Source: Candidatus Thorarchaeota archaeon
GTDB taxonomy: Archaea; Asgardarchaeota; Thorarchaeia; Thorarchaeales; Thorarchaeaceae
Length of the DNA stretch: 19,441 nt
NCBI GenBank assembly: GCA_048882385.1
Contig: JBHLRQ010000057.1
Location: forward strand, 1 to 19,441
Reading direction: 5' to 3'
Shown: positions 8,457 through 17,149 of the stretch, one piece after another
How positions within the stretch are numbered: position 1 is the first letter of the stretch
Layout: every line of letters begins with the position of its first letter
Made by a program: the position numbers and the translations under genes
Notes under the pieces: model-generated
Told to the model about the DNA's origin: nothing
Databases searched by the model: none
Seen by the model: the letters and a program-made list of their open reading frames with translations, nothing else

Positions 8457-8500
8457 TCAGGGATATCTCTCCTACTCACTCTATTGAACACCCTATCCAC
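8451..8500 (+). repeat. Degenerate repeat copy G (overlaps the stop of the upstream gene)
   Basis: gagTAAtcagggatatctctcctactcactctattgaacaccctatcca; gtaatcaggga is identical to copy B. Confidence 0.7.
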
Positions 8501-9220
8501 TCACAAGATTTTGAAAATGACAAATAGCAAAAATATGCCATGCAGATCTGAAAACATGTGTGCGAACCAAGCTATGTAGACATTCCTGCACTTCATGAAT
8601 ATTAATCCATAAACAATGCCCCCAGCTGCTATCGCTACCAAATCAATCAGGATAATGAACGGGTCATCCGGTGTCCAGTGAATTGCAGCAAACAGGAATG
8701 ATGCAATAATCAAAGATGTTCTTTTGTTAAAGAACCAACTGAGTCTTTCCTGAACTAGTCCTCGAAACACGACTTCTTCGAGCATGGTCGTGAGTGGTAT
8801 TGAGAATAGCAAAACAAAGAACATTCCAAAACTCATGTCAATCGACCAAGCACGATGAGTTCTGATATACTGGAGATAGGCTGGAAAGAGCATTAGACTC
8901 CCCAAGATTATGATACTCTGGATAACTATAACACCTAGAAAAATCAGACTTGCATTCATATGGAGATCATCAACAAGGCTTTCCTGTTTTAGACCCAAAT
9001 CTTCCTTTCTTCGACTGCGTCTTACTGAATCCACTAGAATGTAGGCAATTGGAATTCCAAATGCTACTCCCCCTACAAGGAAAGTTAGAACAAAAAGAAA
9101 CAGTATCACAATCGAGAGTTCGACCAAGAGCAACGGTGTTTGCTCCTGTGAAGGTTTGTTGTCTGATTGGTCACTGATGCTTCTAAGAGCAATACTTGGT
9201 TCATCAAGTTCTCTCAACAA
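8501..9220 (-). CDS. CPBP (Abi/CAAX protease-like) intramembrane metalloprotease
   Basis: EEVVFRG, FAAIH and AHMFSD motifs with many TM segments. The start is uncertain. Confidence 0.9.
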   Translation of the reverse strand: MLRELDEPSIALRSISDQSDNKPSQEQTPLLLVELSIVILFLFVLTFLVGGVAFGIPIAYILVDSVRRSRRKEDLGLKQESLVDDLHMNASLIFLGVIVIQSIIILGSLMLFPAYLQYIRTHRAWSIDMSFGMFFVLLFSIPLTTMLEEVVFRGLVQERLSWFFNKRTSLIIASFLFAAIHWTPDDPFIILIDLVAIAAGGIVYGLIFMKCRNVYIAWFAHMFSDLHGIFLLFVIFKIL

Positions 9221-9273
9221 TCCAAATCCCGTCCGGAATTAGGTACAAACATTAGAAATCATGATTGGGAAGT

Positions 9274-9501
9274 CTATGTTGGCCAATCAAACTCATCAAT
9301 ATCGTCAAGTACCTGTTCACCTTCTGGACAGCATATTTCTGCATCAACTTGTGAACAACAGTCACTTTTTTCATATTCTGAGAATCGGTTCATTTCCATC
9401 TGACCCAAGAAATCAGACAAGCTTAGTCCATACGATTCTAGTATCTCTTCAATCTGTTTCATGATCTTAGCATAATCAATTGCATGAAGTCGGTTTGCCA
9501 T
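9274..9501 (-). CDS. Small acidic protein with two vicinal Cys pairs (75 aa)
   Basis: ATG at 9501 (MANRLHAIDY...), containing SDCCSQVDAEICCPEG. Confidence 0.6.
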   Translation of the reverse strand: MANRLHAIDYAKIMKQIEEILESYGLSLSDFLGQMEMNRFSEYEKSDCCSQVDAEICCPEGEQVLDDIDEFDWPT

Positions 9502-9556
9502 AATTATCCCTCGACGATTCTCAATCCAAGAGAACCGTACTATTATAGAGAGAATG

Positions 9557-9566
9557 TTTATATAAA
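9557..9566. promoter_or_regulatory. Palindromic TATA-like box between divergent genes
   Basis: TTTATATAAA is a perfect palindrome lying between the starts at 9501 (-) and 9606 (+). Confidence 0.45.
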
Positions 9567-9605
9567 TCCTTTTCCTCACAAAGAGCAAGCATTAATGAGA
9601 GCATA

Positions 9606-10289
9606 ATGTGTGGTGACTCGATGAAAACTCCTGCTTACAAGGATACAATAGGAGAAAGACCGGCTCGAATCAAATTGCTTGACAGAGATCAATATGCATT
9701 AATGAATAATCATATTGAGATTATTCGTTCTCTTTGCTGTAAGTTTCTGACAGTCAAGGAGATTCATAGACAATTTCTGGTTAATCATGATAAGCCAACT
9801 TACAGTAGGGCATTGAAGACTCTTTATCGTGATTTAGACAATCTGGAAAAGTCAGAATTGGTAAAGGTTGTGGGTTATAGGAAGTACAAGGGCAGTCGTC
9901 AAATAGAGAAATTATACAGTTGCACTGCAGATGTCTTCTTTCCCCAAGAGAGTGCAGAAATACAGAAGTGGTGGCTCTCAGGTGCAGGACAAAACTATCT
10001 TGTGCAGTTGTCCAGCTTAATCTCAGAGTTCTTTCAGGTTTCTACAGCAGAAAAATCTCAGATTAAGGAACTATTGGAGAGATTCTTTGACCTCTGGGAA
10101 AAGACTGTAAGACAGTTGTTCAAGAGATGTGAAAACTCAGAGCAATTGACATCGATTATCAGTGAAATCGATATAAGCTGGATGGATGACACAACTCGAT
10201 TCATCGGGATGATGGGGGCATTTTTCACCGACCCTATGTTATTCAGGGACTTAATGGTCCTTATTGATAGCGGTAGTAGTAATAGATGA
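9606..10289 (+). CDS. Winged-helix DNA-binding domain protein (putative regulator)
   Basis: LTVKEIH...KTLYRDLDNLEKSELVKVVGYR...EKLYS is a wHTH pattern, followed by a helical C-domain. Confidence 0.7.
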   Translation: MCGDSMKTPAYKDTIGERPARIKLLDRDQYALMNNHIEIIRSLCCKFLTVKEIHRQFLVNHDKPTYSRALKTLYRDLDNLEKSELVKVVGYRKYKGSRQIEKLYSCTADVFFPQESAEIQKWWLSGAGQNYLVQLSSLISEFFQVSTAEKSQIKELLERFFDLWEKTVRQLFKRCENSEQLTSIISEIDISWMDDTTRFIGMMGAFFTDPMLFRDLMVLIDSGSSNR

Positions 10290-10313
10290 TTTACAAAATA
10301 AGAGTTGACAAAT

Positions 10314-10820
10314 ATGAAAAAACGTTGGAACAAAGAGAGAATAATCGAGAGTATCCATATTGAACGACGAAGACTAGAGAAGAACCTCACATCTCTCTCT
10401 GATACAGACATGATGGAGCCTGGCGTAGTCGGAGAGTGGTCCGTGAAGGACATATTGGCTCATCTCTTCGATTGGGAACAGCGATTCCTTGGATGGTATG
10501 AAGCTGGACTAAGAGGTGAGGTTCCAGAAACCCCTGCTCCTGGACTCAAGTGGAGCCAACTACGTATTCTGAATCAAAGAATTTTCGAAAAGTACCAAGA
10601 CAGAGCACTATCGGACATCAAGAAGGAATTTCAATCCTCTTTTGAAAAGGTACTTGAAACTGTAAATGACATTCCTGAAAAGGATCTCTTTAAGATTGGT
10701 AGATATCAATGGACTGGCAAGGATACTATTGGTGGATTCATACTCGCTAACACTGCCAATCATTATCGATGGGCCAAGAGTAGAATTCGTAGCTGGATGA
10801 AACGAACTGCAAGACTCTAA
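10314..10820 (+). CDS. ClbS/DfsB (DinB-like) four-helix bundle protein
   Basis: WSVKDILAHLFDWE, PAPGLKW and NTANHYRWA motifs. Confidence 0.85.
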   Translation: MKKRWNKERIIESIHIERRRLEKNLTSLSDTDMMEPGVVGEWSVKDILAHLFDWEQRFLGWYEAGLRGEVPETPAPGLKWSQLRILNQRIFEKYQDRALSDIKKEFQSSFEKVLETVNDIPEKDLFKIGRYQWTGKDTIGGFILANTANHYRWAKSRIRSWMKRTARL

Positions 10821-10854
10821 TGCAGTCTTTCTAACTCAACACTTCAATATACAA

Positions 10855-10923
10855 GAAGTAAAGACTGAAGGAGTTGGTTGAAAAGGGAACTACTCTCCCT
10901 CTGTTGAGCACCGTTTCATTTTT
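10855..10923 (+). repeat. Degenerate repeat copy H
   Basis: gaagtaaagactgaaggagttggtTGAaaAGGGAactactcTCCCTctGTTGAGCaccgtttcatttt. An ACTCAAC (RYYYAAC) lies upstream at 10834-10840. Confidence 0.85.
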
Positions 10924-11084
10924 ACACTCATCATCTCTCAAAACACAATTCTATCTTGATTTACACTCGTATCTAATTCTCGATGGGAATTACAATGAAA
11001 TTCTAGAATTCATGGAAAATGAATGGCTGAAACCGTATTTCTTATATCACTGACACAAAGGCTTGGTTCAAAACAAGTTGGTAG

Positions 11085-12251
11085 ATGCTTGTGAGCAAGA
11101 GGATTGAGATGACTGAGGAAATTGTTGTAGGAGAGAAGATAGTTGTTAATTCTGAAGTTCTTGGAGAAGATAGGATAATTCTTGTAAGATTTCCCAAGAA
11201 CTATGAAGTTTCCAACAAGAAATATCCTGTCCTCTTCCTGTTGGATGCAGAGTTTTTCTTCTACCAAGCTATATCGGCAGTTGAGTTCTTATCAGAATGT
11301 GGCTACATTAGCCCCAAACCGATTCCAGAGATGATTGTAGTTGGAATTGTTAATATAGATCGAAACCGGGATTATACACCAACTTTTGCTCCTAAGCAAC
11401 GAGAGGTTCTTGAATTTCCAACAAGTGGAAAAGCTGAGAAATTCATTGAATTTCTGAAAATGGAGCTCATTCCTCTAGTGGAAGAAAAATATCGGACACA
11501 TCCGTTTAGGATTTTGGCGGGCTGGTCACTAGGAGGATTGCTGACCGTTCATAGCTTCATGTATCATCCTGATCTCTTCTCTGCCTATTTAGCTATTAGT
11601 CCAAGTCTGTGGTGGGATGAAGATCTCTATGTAGAGCGAACTAAAACTCTGCTTTCTAAAGGAAAAATATCCGATAAACCGCTAATCGTAACCATTGGAT
11701 CTGAAGAAGGAGGAGATATAGGACGAAGTGTTAGGGATGGTTTTATTCCACTCTTTACAAATCACTCGGAGAAGAGTTCCGGATTCAAGGCTGTAGAGCT
11801 TCCTCTTGAGGATCACACTTATGGTCCATACAAAGCATTGTACCAAGGAATGAGGGCACTTTATTCCGACGACATAATTCCACAAGAAATCATTGACAAG
11901 GGATTAGATGCCGTAAATTCATTTTATGAGAATCTTTCAAAGAAATATGGGTACGAGGTCCTAATTCCAGAATCAACTTATTCTCAAGTTGCAAGTAGCA
12001 TGTATAGGCAGGGAAATAAATCCCAGGCCTTAGAGGTTGCGAAAACTTACGTACAAAAATATCCTGAATCATCATATGCTCATTATTATGTTGGAACTAG
12101 ATATCTAAGAGCACAACTTATTGATTTGGCTGTAGAATATGTAGAAAAAGCTCTAGAAATTGAGTCAAATCAGTTTGTCCCTGATTCCGAAAAAATATTC
12201 GCTTATAATTTGAGAATGCAAGAATTAAGAGACATTAGTTCTACTAGATGA
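11085..12251 (+). CDS. Alpha/beta hydrolase (IroE-like esterase) with C-terminal TPR region
   Basis: YPVLFLLDA, RNRDYTP, GWSLGG nucleophile elbow, SPSLWW and EDH, plus a TPR-like tail. The start may be 11109. Confidence 0.9.
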   Translation: MLVSKRIEMTEEIVVGEKIVVNSEVLGEDRIILVRFPKNYEVSNKKYPVLFLLDAEFFFYQAISAVEFLSECGYISPKPIPEMIVVGIVNIDRNRDYTPTFAPKQREVLEFPTSGKAEKFIEFLKMELIPLVEEKYRTHPFRILAGWSLGGLLTVHSFMYHPDLFSAYLAISPSLWWDEDLYVERTKTLLSKGKISDKPLIVTIGSEEGGDIGRSVRDGFIPLFTNHSEKSSGFKAVELPLEDHTYGPYKALYQGMRALYSDDIIPQEIIDKGLDAVNSFYENLSKKYGYEVLIPESTYSQVASSMYRQGNKSQALEVAKTYVQKYPESSYAHYYVGTRYLRAQLIDLAVEYVEKALEIESNQFVPDSEKIFAYNLRMQELRDISSTR

Positions 12252-12270
12252 TTTGATTGAGTGCCACCTG

Positions 12271-12312
12271 CACTTCAAAAAGATGTTAGACTGAACGCAA
12301 AGTGAGGTAATG
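12271..12312 (+). repeat. Degenerate repeat copy (left part only)
   Basis: cacttcaa...tagactgaacgcaaagtgaggTAAt resembles copies E and H. ctagatgatt at 12244-12253 also matches copy B. Confidence 0.45.
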
Positions 12313-12345
12313 TCTTAGTGTCATCAATTAATTCTCTTATCGTAC

Positions 12346-12936
12346 CTACCGATCATTCAATCCCTTTCCATTGAGAATTTGCTGTGTATATTTCTCAACC
12401 CTTGACATCCGAGTTTTGGATTGTTTGGGTGCAGAAAAATAAAGAAGGTATGCTCTTTGCCGCCCTGGTGTCAGTGCATCAAAAGCAGTTTTCAAGGCAG
12501 GTATTTCATCTAATTTAGAGCGAAATTCTTCAGGAATTGTGTATTCTGTGGTCTTCTTGAAATCCACTTTCAAACCAGCTTTTTCCACTTCAATGGCATC
12601 GTGAATATAGGCTTTCAAGATGGGTTCCATCTCAACTATCTCTCGAGCATTGGTGAACCTAATCTGGCGCGTCGCTTGCGTATTATCTGTTTGTGATATT
12701 AGAATACTATTGGCATCATTTAGCAAGGCACCTTTGAAAAACAAAAGCGCACAGTATTCTTTGAAACCATGTATCAAAACTATGTTACTCTTCTGAAACG
12801 TGTAACAAGGTTTCCCCCACTTGAATTCCTCGGTCAACCCACTGTCAAGAACAATCTTTCTCAGTTTCTTAAATTCATCCTGCCACTTTTTGGCTTTACT
12901 AAGAAATGCATCAACCTTAGGATTCATTTTATTCAT
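12346..12936 (-). CDS. ydeI: YdeI/OmpD-associated family protein (DUF1801 + OmdA-like)
   Basis: EEFKWGKPCY, GFKEYCALLFFKGALL and LTPGRQRAYLLYFSAPKQSKTR. Confidence 0.9.
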   Translation of the reverse strand: MNKMNPKVDAFLSKAKKWQDEFKKLRKIVLDSGLTEEFKWGKPCYTFQKSNIVLIHGFKEYCALLFFKGALLNDANSILISQTDNTQATRQIRFTNAREIVEMEPILKAYIHDAIEVEKAGLKVDFKKTTEYTIPEEFRSKLDEIPALKTAFDALTPGRQRAYLLYFSAPKQSKTRMSRVEKYTQQILNGKGLNDR

Positions 12937-13013
12937 TTATTGACCTTCTGAAATATGATGAACTCATATCCGCTTACAGTTTCTTTTTCTTATTTAACAA
13001 GATATTCGTAGCG

Positions 13014-13088
13014 GAAGCTGAGGATGGAAGAGGATGAGAATCATTCTCATCTTGCATCAATGATTTTCTGATATCGAGCACTGTCTCT
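13014..13088 (+). repeat. Degenerate repeat copy I with a perfect palindrome
   Basis: gaagctgaggatggaagaggaTGA; palindrome GATGAGAATcATTCTCATC (13033-13051); later atcgagcactgtctc. Confidence 0.5.
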
Positions 13089-13138
13089 AGTCAGTACTAA
13101 ACTTATGCCAAATGTAGCTTCTAGAAATCCATTATAAC

Positions 13139-13525
13139 TTGGAGAATAGAAAGATGATTGAAGAACTGGAAAAGGTTCGAGAAACAGTCAATACCTATCT
13201 GGAGGCAGTGAAACACAGGGACTGGAATAAGTTTCAAGAGTCATGGCATCCTGAGGCAAGGATGAGTTATGTAAAAGATGGTGAGCCTCAGTCTGTTCCT
13301 CGATCGTTTTGGGAAGACTGGTGCAAGAAACCGATAGAAACACAAGAAAAGAGGACCAGTACGATACCATCGATTGATGTGACTGGAAACATCGCAGCCG
13401 CAAAAGCAATTACACTTCGTGAAACACCTGATGAGAGAATGATATTCATAGACTACTTGACTCTTCTTCAAGATGACAATAAATGGCAAATCATTAGCAA
13501 GTCATACACTACTAAATTGATTTGA
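13139..13525 (+). CDS. NTF2-like (putative lumazine-binding) family protein
   Basis: WHPEARM, IDVTGNIAAAK and DYLTLLQDDNKWQIISK. The start may be 13154. Confidence 0.85.
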   Translation: MENRKMIEELEKVRETVNTYLEAVKHRDWNKFQESWHPEARMSYVKDGEPQSVPRSFWEDWCKKPIETQEKRTSTIPSIDVTGNIAAAKAITLRETPDERMIFIDYLTLLQDDNKWQIISKSYTTKLI

Positions 13526-13553
13526 GAGAATTGACAGAACCCAGTTTTCCAAA

Positions 13554-14294
13554 TCAGGTTTCTTCTGAAATGCTTTCCTCAAGAGGGGCCGGATGGCTCC
13601 CTCTCTGTCCGGAAAAATGATGCCATGTATGAAGATGGGGGATAAGTGCCTGGATTATTTTGTTTTCTGCTTTCCGTAAGTGTTCTTGAAAGGTTGTTCT
13701 TCTGACTCCAACACTGTCTGATATAGTCTTGACATCAGCATCTCTGGGTATTCTGTAGTACCCATGAGAATGAGCAGTGAGAACAGCATCTGTCTGCAAT
13801 TCTGTTAAACCTTCAAACAATGTTTCTGTTCGTACTGTCATTGATCCTGACGCTGAGAATCCATTGAATGGGATTTTGCGAAGAATCCATGGCATGTAGC
13901 TGCACTCCCGAAACTCTTCTATCAGCTTGGTGATATCTTGCTGTCTGAAGGCAAGCACTCGGTGATATTCCCATCCCCCGTAGTAACTAACTGGTGCTAG
14001 GTGTAGAATACCAAGCTCAGACGAACAATCTTCAATGACTCTGTCTACTCCGCAAGGAATTGCTTTTGAAATGAGGTGGTTCTGATACTCATCTCCAACA
14101 TGATCAATGACACCATCAAGTGCACTTGCACTTTCTATCATGTCTGGTTTTTCAGTTCCATCTCGAGAAAACACCTCTATAATCTCGTGATTTTTAATAA
14201 TCCACTTGTGGATGCCTGTCAGAGGATATTTCGTTGAGAATTCTGCTAATCTGCAATTGTGCCGTATCTTGAATTCCAGTTCTAATATTGCCAT
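13554..14294 (-). CDS. Bat-type (HTH_10) transcription regulator, paralogue of 3081-3764
   Basis: LTELQTDAVLTAHSHGYYRIPRDADVKTISDSVGVRRTTFQEHLRKAENKI; shares GWEY.R..AF with the paralogue. Confidence 0.9.
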   Translation of the reverse strand: MAILELEFKIRHNCRLAEFSTKYPLTGIHKWIIKNHEIIEVFSRDGTEKPDMIESASALDGVIDHVGDEYQNHLISKAIPCGVDRVIEDCSSELGILHLAPVSYYGGWEYHRVLAFRQQDITKLIEEFRECSYMPWILRKIPFNGFSASGSMTVRTETLFEGLTELQTDAVLTAHSHGYYRIPRDADVKTISDSVGVRRTTFQEHLRKAENKIIQALIPHLHTWHHFSGQRGSHPAPLEESISEET

Positions 14295-14328
14295 GAAATG
14301 ACCCCAGTGAATTACATAATGTATTGAG

Positions 14329-14346
14329 TACTGCCATATGACAGTA
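14329..14346. promoter_or_regulatory. Palindromic operator-like site
   Basis: TACTGCCATATGACAGTA has 8 of 9 palindromic pairs and lies 35 nt upstream of the regulator start. Confidence 0.6.
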
Positions 14347-14409
14347 TCCCCAAAATAACTAATGAAGCAAAGAATACAAGCAAATAGAGCAGATGAACCT
14401 CTAACTGTT

Positions 14410-14478
14410 AAAAGGTTGAAGCCGACGGGATCAGTTAGTCAGAGAGTTTTCTCATCACTCAACCTGTTGAGCATTTTG
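14410..14478 (+). repeat. Degenerate repeat copy J
   Basis: aaaaggttgaagccgacgggatcagtTAGtcagagagttttctcatcactcaacctGTTGAGCatttt. Confidence 0.75.
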
Positions 14479-14484
14479 TAAAGA

Positions 14485-16860
14485 CTAACGCATAGATTTC
14501 TGAAATCTACCAATAATCTCATCTTGAACAGCTTTTCCCAAATCTACATAATATGCACTGTAGCCTGCAACTCTTACAACTAGATTTCTATATGAGTCGG
14601 GATTTGCTTGCGCTTTAAGAAGAATTTCTGGTTCAATGAAGTTGAATTGAATATGCATTCCTCCTAGTTCTACGTAAGAGTTCAGTATTGAGATAAGAGA
14701 TTGCAATCCCTCTTCTCCTTCTGCAAAACCAGGGTCTAATGCGAGTGTGAAAGCCACTCCATTGGGATGGAGTGCAAAATCAACACTTGTGACTGAATTA
14801 AGAACTGCAGTCAAACCCTTTGAAGGAGCTGATATTACAGGAGAAACACCATTACTCAGAGGAGTTGATGGTAATCGCCCACTAGGCAGCGCACCTGTGA
14901 ACAGACCAAACGCTACGTGTGTGGTCACGGAATACATGCCAGAGATGAATGATCCTCCTCTAATGTTCGTGTGTTTTTCTACCTCTTCACTATATATGCG
15001 TGCCACGAGTTTGGCATAGTCGTCCACGAATTTCTCATCATTTCCGTACTTAGGCGCTTTATTTTGTAGTAGTTGTCTGAGTGGCTCATGGTCCTCGAAT
15101 CCATCCCTTAGAGCAGCTATGAGTTCACTCATGCTTACTTTCTTCTCCCTGAAGACGATTTGGTCTATTGCTGCGAGAGAGTCAGCAACATCAGCCAAAC
15201 CAACTCCCTGAACACCGGTGAAGTTGTACCTTGCAGAACCAGTTGTGATATCTTGACCGTTCTCAAAACAGTCCTCTATACAAAGTGAGAGCAGAGGGGT
15301 TGGCATCATCTCCATATTCAACTGTTCAAAAGAGTTAGACCCCTCTGCCATGAGTCCCACCAAATATGAAACTTGTTTTCGAAATGCCTGAATAACGTCA
15401 TCTATTGATTGCCACGTCGTGGGATCTCCTGTGTTTAGCCCAAGTTCTGATCCTAATAACAGAGTTTCGCCGTCATTCAGTGCAAGCTCCAAACACATGG
15501 CGAGGTTGAAGAGTGCCGCATCTGATGATGTGAAACTTGTACCAAACGGGGCTAGCTCCACACACCCAACAGTTGCATAGTTCCTTGCCTCCTCTTTTGG
15601 AATTCCTTGTCTTTCCCATGATTTGACAACTATTTCATCGTTGAAGACTGCAATATTATTCGCACCTGATACAATGACTTCTGCAATCTTTTTCATTAGA
15701 GCTGGCGGACTACTTTGATGAATCCGGACATGGACATTGGGTAGGGGGAGTCCAACATTCTTAGTTGCATCTAGAATCAGATAGGTCATGTCGTTTGTTG
15801 CATCAATTCCCTCTTTATCGATACCCCCAATTGTTACTGCTTGGGTAGTTAATAGTCCTTCAAAATACATTCCTGTGAAGCTATCAAATGCCGGGACATG
15901 CTCATTTGTCTTGATCCAGAGCATTTCAACAAGCTCAAGTGCTTCTTCCCTCGTCAGTGTTCCAGATTCAATATCTTTCTCGTAGAATGGTTGAAGGTAT
16001 TGGTCAATCCTTCCCATTGAGATTGCTTGACCGTCATAGGTTTCGATGGTGAGAGCAAGGTGTGTGAATCTAATGAACTGAATAGCTTCATGAAAGTTCT
16101 TTGGTGGTTTTGCAGGAACTTGTTTACATATCTCAGCAATTCTCTCTAGCTCTTTCTTTCTCTTGATATCGCTCTCTTCCTTGGCCAATATCGCTGCTCT
16201 TTCAGAATATCGATTCGCAAATTGGATTATTGCATTGGCTACAATTCTAGTGGCTTTATAGAAATTAATCTTGGCGAGAACCTCTGTATCTGTTGTTTTG
16301 CTGTATTCTCTAATTCGTTCTTCTGCCAATTTCTTGAATTCTTCAAAACCCATCGAAAAGAGCATCGGGTAGTTTACACTCAAGTGGCCAAAACCAGCGA
16401 TTTCTGTTAGAATAAAAACAGAACCCGCATACAAAGTTTCTAATATTTTTTCAGGAGTTTTCTTATCAGCCTGTGCAATCAAGGATGCATCAGCCCAATA
16501 TGAAGCAATCTCTTCTTGTACAGCTCTGATGTCATCTTGTGTGACTTCTATCACTCGGCAATCTCTTGATTTTAGCTCTTCAAGCTCTGGAACTATTCGT
16601 GAATCATGAGCTTCTGGATAAACCATTGCACCCCGAACCTTGTCCGAAACACTACCTACAACCAGCTCATCGGGGTATATCTTCAAAGAGATGCCCATCA
16701 GTATGTTTGCTAGTGCCTTTGCTTGCCGGATTATTTGAGGTTCACCCTCGGTTGATTTCATTGAATCAGTATGTAATTTAGTCCTTTCAATACTCAAATG
16801 TGTCTTAGATTCAAGAATGCGACTCAGCATTATTTGGCTTCTTGAGGTCACTTCTCTCAC
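14485..16860 (-). CDS. Glycyl radical enzyme, PFL2/glycerol dehydratase-like family
   Basis: Single-Cys loop VGCVE, Gly loop LVVRVAGYSAY, and motifs SMGRIDQYL, PKYGND and HIQFN. Confidence 0.92.
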   Translation of the reverse strand: MREVTSRSQIMLSRILESKTHLSIERTKLHTDSMKSTEGEPQIIRQAKALANILMGISLKIYPDELVVGSVSDKVRGAMVYPEAHDSRIVPELEELKSRDCRVIEVTQDDIRAVQEEIASYWADASLIAQADKKTPEKILETLYAGSVFILTEIAGFGHLSVNYPMLFSMGFEEFKKLAEERIREYSKTTDTEVLAKINFYKATRIVANAIIQFANRYSERAAILAKEESDIKRKKELERIAEICKQVPAKPPKNFHEAIQFIRFTHLALTIETYDGQAISMGRIDQYLQPFYEKDIESGTLTREEALELVEMLWIKTNEHVPAFDSFTGMYFEGLLTTQAVTIGGIDKEGIDATNDMTYLILDATKNVGLPLPNVHVRIHQSSPPALMKKIAEVIVSGANNIAVFNDEIVVKSWERQGIPKEEARNYATVGCVELAPFGTSFTSSDAALFNLAMCLELALNDGETLLLGSELGLNTGDPTTWQSIDDVIQAFRKQVSYLVGLMAEGSNSFEQLNMEMMPTPLLSLCIEDCFENGQDITTGSARYNFTGVQGVGLADVADSLAAIDQIVFREKKVSMSELIAALRDGFEDHEPLRQLLQNKAPKYGNDEKFVDDYAKLVARIYSEEVEKHTNIRGGSFISGMYSVTTHVAFGLFTGALPSGRLPSTPLSNGVSPVISAPSKGLTAVLNSVTSVDFALHPNGVAFTLALDPGFAEGEEGLQSLISILNSYVELGGMHIQFNFIEPEILLKAQANPDSYRNLVVRVAGYSAYYVDLGKAVQDEIIGRFQKSMR

Positions 16861-16960
16861 TCCTGATTTCTTTCAACGCTCGTCCATATATCTCATGTCA
16901 ATCTGTCTGTTGTCTCTGTTAAAGAATTTGGATTCATAATGGATATTCTAAATTGGCAAT

Positions 16961-17032
16961 AGATAGAGTCTTTCAAGTTCCTCTCACTGTTGAGTGCGCA
17001 TTCCCTTTTGTATTAGTCCGATTATTTGAGCA
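16961..17032 (+). repeat. Degenerate repeat copy K
   Basis: agatagagt (shared with D), then ctctcactGTTGAGTgcgcattcccttttg and atttgagc (shared with A). Confidence 0.65.
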
Positions 17033-17149
17033 GAAGTAATCCTATCCATCTCAACATGTTTTTGATTCTACGAATATGGTCACATTGTGCCCAGAATTTT
17101 CAAAATATGTGACCAGTCAAGAATATTCTGAACTCAAAGGTGAGATAAA

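Noticed and set aside
10834-10909. Canonical attC site (ACTCAAC...GTTGAGC)
   Set aside because: The RYYYAAC/GTTRRRY pair is clear only here, L boxes are not evident and cargo orientation is mixed. It is kept only as 'integron-like'.
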